Source of the DNA: Candidatus Bathyarchaeota archaeon
GTDB lineage: Archaea > Thermoproteota > Bathyarchaeia > Bathyarchaeales > Bathycorpusculaceae
Direction of reading: 5' to 3'
DNA length: 64,000 nt
Assembly: GCA_963770935.1 (NCBI GenBank)
Contig: CAVYRJ010000014.1
Location: 1 to 64,000 of the forward strand
Every line of letters starts with the position of its first letter. Position 1 is the first letter of the stretch. A program made the translations under genes and the position numbers. The notes under the pieces are model-generated. The model was not told where the DNA came from. It ran no database searches and saw nothing but the letters and a program-made list of their open reading frames with translations. Shown piece by piece: positions 61,155 through 64,000 of the stretch.

Positions 61155-61466
61155 ATGAGAAAACTCGATAAAGCAATAATCTGGCCAGTCTACTTTGACT
61201 GCAATAAATCAAGAAAAGAAGGACGGCGAGTCCCTAAAAGTCTGGCAGTGCAATCGCCAAAAATTGCTGAAATAAAAGAAGCAGCGGACAAACTTTGTTT
61301 ACAGAACGAAGTTAACTTTGAGGCTCATTTTCCCAAGACGCCGTGGGTTAAAGCTGGGATGCTACTTATTGAGAAACAGGAAGCGAAGGAAAAGATAATT
61401 CAAAAACTTGCAAAGCAACTATTGAAAATTAAAAACCAGCAACAACAGTTGCTTGCTAAACGTTGA
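61155..61466 (+). CDS. srp19: signal recognition particle protein SRP19
   Basis: IWPVYFD...SRKEGRRVPK.LAV..P. Confidence 0.95.
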   Translation: MRKLDKAIIWPVYFDCNKSRKEGRRVPKSLAVQSPKIAEIKEAADKLCLQNEVNFEAHFPKTPWVKAGMLLIEKQEAKEKIIQKLAKQLLKIKNQQQQLLAKR

Positions 61467-61483
61467 GAATTTAAAGAAATTTT

Positions 61484-61876
61484 TTAGGCTTTCTCTTTGG
61501 TTATGAGAACAGCGTTGATTATGCCATCGCTGCCGGGTCGACTAGTAACTTTCGCTAAGCCGAGTGCGGTCTCAATTTCTGCGCCTTTTGTGATGACGCC
61601 TCTGCGGTTGTAGTCAACGTTCGCTCCGTTTTTAACTACTCGGGTAATTTCTGTTTTTTCTGTTTTGCCGCTTTTAGGGTCAGTTACAGAAGCGTATTTG
61701 TCGCTGAGCACCTTGATTTTGCAGATGCCGCCCATGCCACGGGTGGTCTTGCGTCTTGGTTCACCAAGAGTTGTTTCAGCTGGGTATCCGCCTGCTTCGT
61801 ATTTTTTCTTTGATCGGTAAGCTCTTTTTTTGCCGCCTGTAAGTTTTCTTTTGCGCAAACTACTATGAGTAGACAT
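61484..61876 (-). CDS. rps8e: 30S ribosomal protein eS8
   Basis: RKLTGGK, RRGVITKGA, AKVTSRPG.DGIINAVL. Confidence 0.97.
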   Translation of the reverse strand: MSTHSSLRKRKLTGGKKRAYRSKKKYEAGGYPAETTLGEPRRKTTRGMGGICKIKVLSDKYASVTDPKSGKTEKTEITRVVKNGANVDYNRRGVITKGAEIETALGLAKVTSRPGSDGIINAVLITKEKA

Positions 61877-62032
61877 ATTCTACATTTCCTTGATTCGAGT
61901 AGTCACTAAAACTGTTAATTTCAATATAAACATATCCGTTTTAAGGTAGTTGTTCTCCAGTTCGAATTATCGTTTTAAGTATGGATTTAACGATGTTTTC
62001 TCTAATAGGACGCTTGATAATGTTTGGGGAGC

Positions 62033-62167
62033 AAAAAGGTTTGTTAAGCGGATTTAGCCGTGGGCTAGCATCAAGGGGCGCAAAAGTAATTAACTGTCGC
62101 CTTCTTTTTGTTAGCCGCCAGACCCGCTCAACTGTTGGCTCTTAGTAAATTGCTTTCTCACTACCCC
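62033..62167 (-). ncRNA. candidate structured RNA or palindromic element, copy 2
   Basis: CTTATAT at 62190-62184 (minus strand); TAGTGAG/TTTACTA hairpin; 90-nt hairpin 62043-62132; TTTTT after; sequence similarity to copy 1. Confidence 0.5.
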
Positions 62168-62323
62168 ATAACGATTCGATTTGATATAAGGCAATGTTGT
62201 TACATAATGAAGCAACAATTGCTATGTTCTTTACTGATTTTTCTAAGAACAAAATATGGAATTATACGTGTAATATGGGAAAAATAATAAGTGCCTGCTC
62301 AGCGAATGGTTATTGATAGCTGT

Positions 62324-63415
62324 ATGAAGAAAACAGCAGTATTCGTAGTATTCATTTTGGCGCTACTCATTTCCGCGACGTTTACGATTGGTATGGGAAA
62401 TTCGGCGCCCTCATATCCTGTCCCGACAGGGCCTTTAACTCCTCCAGTGATATCGCTGAAATCGCCGACAAGCACGACTTATGTGTCAAAGTTTGTACCA
62501 TTAGAATTTTCTATGAACGGAAATTGGGATGGTTATGTGAACCATTGTTCTGTTGAGATTAGTATAGACGGAGGCGATCGATATGTTATCTATTATCTTA
62601 GATTCCGTGTAAATGAGGTAGCTCAGAACTTTTCAGTAACTTTGGGGCCTCTTTCAGAAGGAATACACCAACTGCAAATCTTTGCTACCGTCGGTGGCAT
62701 TTACAGAACAGGTCCAAACTTTACTACTCTTGAGGTTAACGACTTTACTTCACAAGCTTCAGTTTACTTCACAGTTAACACTGCCAACCAAGCCCAAATC
62801 TCAATTCTCTCTCCACTAAACGAAACTTACAATGTAGATAAAATGATTCCATTGGAATTCACTATAGACAGGACAGAGTCAATTGTTAGCATGGGCTACA
62901 CTGTAGATGAGCAAGCGAATGTTACTGTGCCTAGAAACACAACATTGTATGGACCAATATCTGATGGCATGCACACATTGAAGGTTTATTCTTTATTCTC
63001 TGATATACTCCCAGTTTCTTCAACGGTTAACTTCACAGTTGATACCACGGCGCCAAATGTAGCAGTTCTTTCATTGCAAAACAAACTTTACAATTCATCC
63101 AAAATCCCTTTAGTTTTCACAGTTAACGAGTCAACTTCGTTAATTACCTACAACATGGACGGAAAAGTGTACACGATTGATGGAAATACAACTTTGACTG
63201 GGCTTCAAAACGTAGACCACAAATTAATAGTTTATGCGACAGATGAAGCAGGAAACGTTGGAGTCTCAGAAACAATTGATTTTAATGTACAAGTTCTACT
63301 TTCACCTCAGACGGCTCTACCGATTATACCGCCAATGATTGTAGTCCTTGTTGGTGGTCTAAGTCTTATGATTCTTATCAGGAAACGCAATCGAGCATCA
63401 GTAAACAAACACTGA
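62324..63415 (+). CDS. secreted protein with three Ig-like repeats and C-terminal TM anchor
   Basis: Signal peptide; repeats of (I)SP.N.TY...PL.F...G.H.L.VYA...V.FTV; TM followed by RKR. Confidence 0.8.
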   Translation: MKKTAVFVVFILALLISATFTIGMGNSAPSYPVPTGPLTPPVISLKSPTSTTYVSKFVPLEFSMNGNWDGYVNHCSVEISIDGGDRYVIYYLRFRVNEVAQNFSVTLGPLSEGIHQLQIFATVGGIYRTGPNFTTLEVNDFTSQASVYFTVNTANQAQISILSPLNETYNVDKMIPLEFTIDRTESIVSMGYTVDEQANVTVPRNTTLYGPISDGMHTLKVYSLFSDILPVSSTVNFTVDTTAPNVAVLSLQNKLYNSSKIPLVFTVNESTSLITYNMDGKVYTIDGNTTLTGLQNVDHKLIVYATDEAGNVGVSETIDFNVQVLLSPQTALPIIPPMIVVLVGGLSLMILIRKRNRASVNKH

Positions 63416-63521
63416 CAACTCATCTTGTACTCACTATCGGAAGCTGTCAGCTTTTGTCATATTTCATTTTCGGCTTGCTCGCGCATTACGATAAAATAGA
63501 TTCTTTGAGTGTTATTGTAGC

Positions 63522-64000
63522 TTAGTTTTTTTGTTGCAGCCAACTGGACAAGTAAACTTGGTTTGTGTTTCCCGTCTTTTCCAGTGAAACGATTCCTCTG
63601 TCAGCTAGGCGTGCGATTATTCGGTGGGTTTGGAGTCTGCTCAGCCCAGTTTCGCTTCGAATGTATTTTTGGAGGTATTTGCCTTGATGGCTGTTTAGGA
63701 CCTCAACCACTTTACGTTCTTCTTCGGTTAAGGTTTTAAGGACGGATTCATAGGCTGTTGAACCATTCGCGGCTGGCTGAATTGCCGCAATGTTTTGCGT
63801 AGCTTGAATTACTCCTACAGTTCCAACCCGAATTTGAGGATAGAGCAGATAATAGCCTACACCAATAATTCCAATAACTGTCACACCAATTAAGACCGCG
63901 AACAAGACGCCAAAGAAAGGCAGCAGACCGCTTGATGTTGTAGTTGTGGTTCCTCCCATCATGCCGCCCATTCCGTCGTAGTTGTTTGAGCCTCCCCACA
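63522..64000 (-). CDS. membrane-anchored winged-helix protein (5' end probably outside window)
   Basis: TM helix then TLTEEERKVVEVL..GKYLQ.YIR.ETGLSRLQTHRII.RL..RGIV..EK.GNTN. Confidence 0.75.
   Translation of the reverse strand, partial: WGGSNNYDGMGGMMGGTTTTTSSGLLPFFGVLFAVLIGVTVIGIIGVGYYLLYPQIRVGTVGVIQATQNIAAIQPAANGSTAYESVLKTLTEEERKVVEVLNSHQGKYLQKYIRSETGLSRLQTHRIIARLADRGIVSLEKTGNTNQVYLSSWLQQKN

Noticed and set aside
62043-62132. SRP RNA, suggested by proximity to srp19
   Set aside because: Too short, with no helix-8 or helix-6 signature motifs

Overview
Archaeal chromosomal window whose gene content and protein styles point to Bathyarchaeia (TACK); the taxon is inferred, not proven. Core blocks: rps13-rps4-rps11-rpoD-rpl18e-rpl13-rps9-rpoN; a split glutamate synthase operon with ferredoxin and FAD oxidoreductase; thermosome; THUMP, cgi121, trmY and dph6 modification genes; thiL; DtxR-FeoA plus feoB; glyA and serA; a LonC-like protease; aIF5B; eno-rps2-MEMO1; an archaeal modified mevalonate/isoprenoid operon (mvk, UbiD-type decarboxylase, AcnX large and small, ipk, fni, prenyl diphosphate synthase) followed by gltX, srp19 and rps8e. 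Four tRNAs are present (Glu-CTC, Thr-CGT, Pro-TGG, intron-containing Ser-GGA). AT-rich accessory patches hold small genes and relics (IS110, receiver domain, TrmB-like tail, internally deleted surface proteins). Many 1-2 nt frameshifts look like assembly errors. Best unexplained signals: (i) two apparently homologous ~150-nt intergenic long-hairpin units, each with its own TATA-like box and T-tract (38.8-39.0 kb +, 62.0-62.2 kb -); (ii) a tRNA-Thr with perfect stems but a rewired D/T-loop elbow; (iii) a wHTH-pilin-roadblock/DPBB cluster sharing an upstream motif with a distant PadR gene; (iv) a trypanosomatid-like mevalonate kinase; (v) dph6 translationally coupled to a glutamine amidotransferase. 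All assignments come from manual reading, with no database searches.
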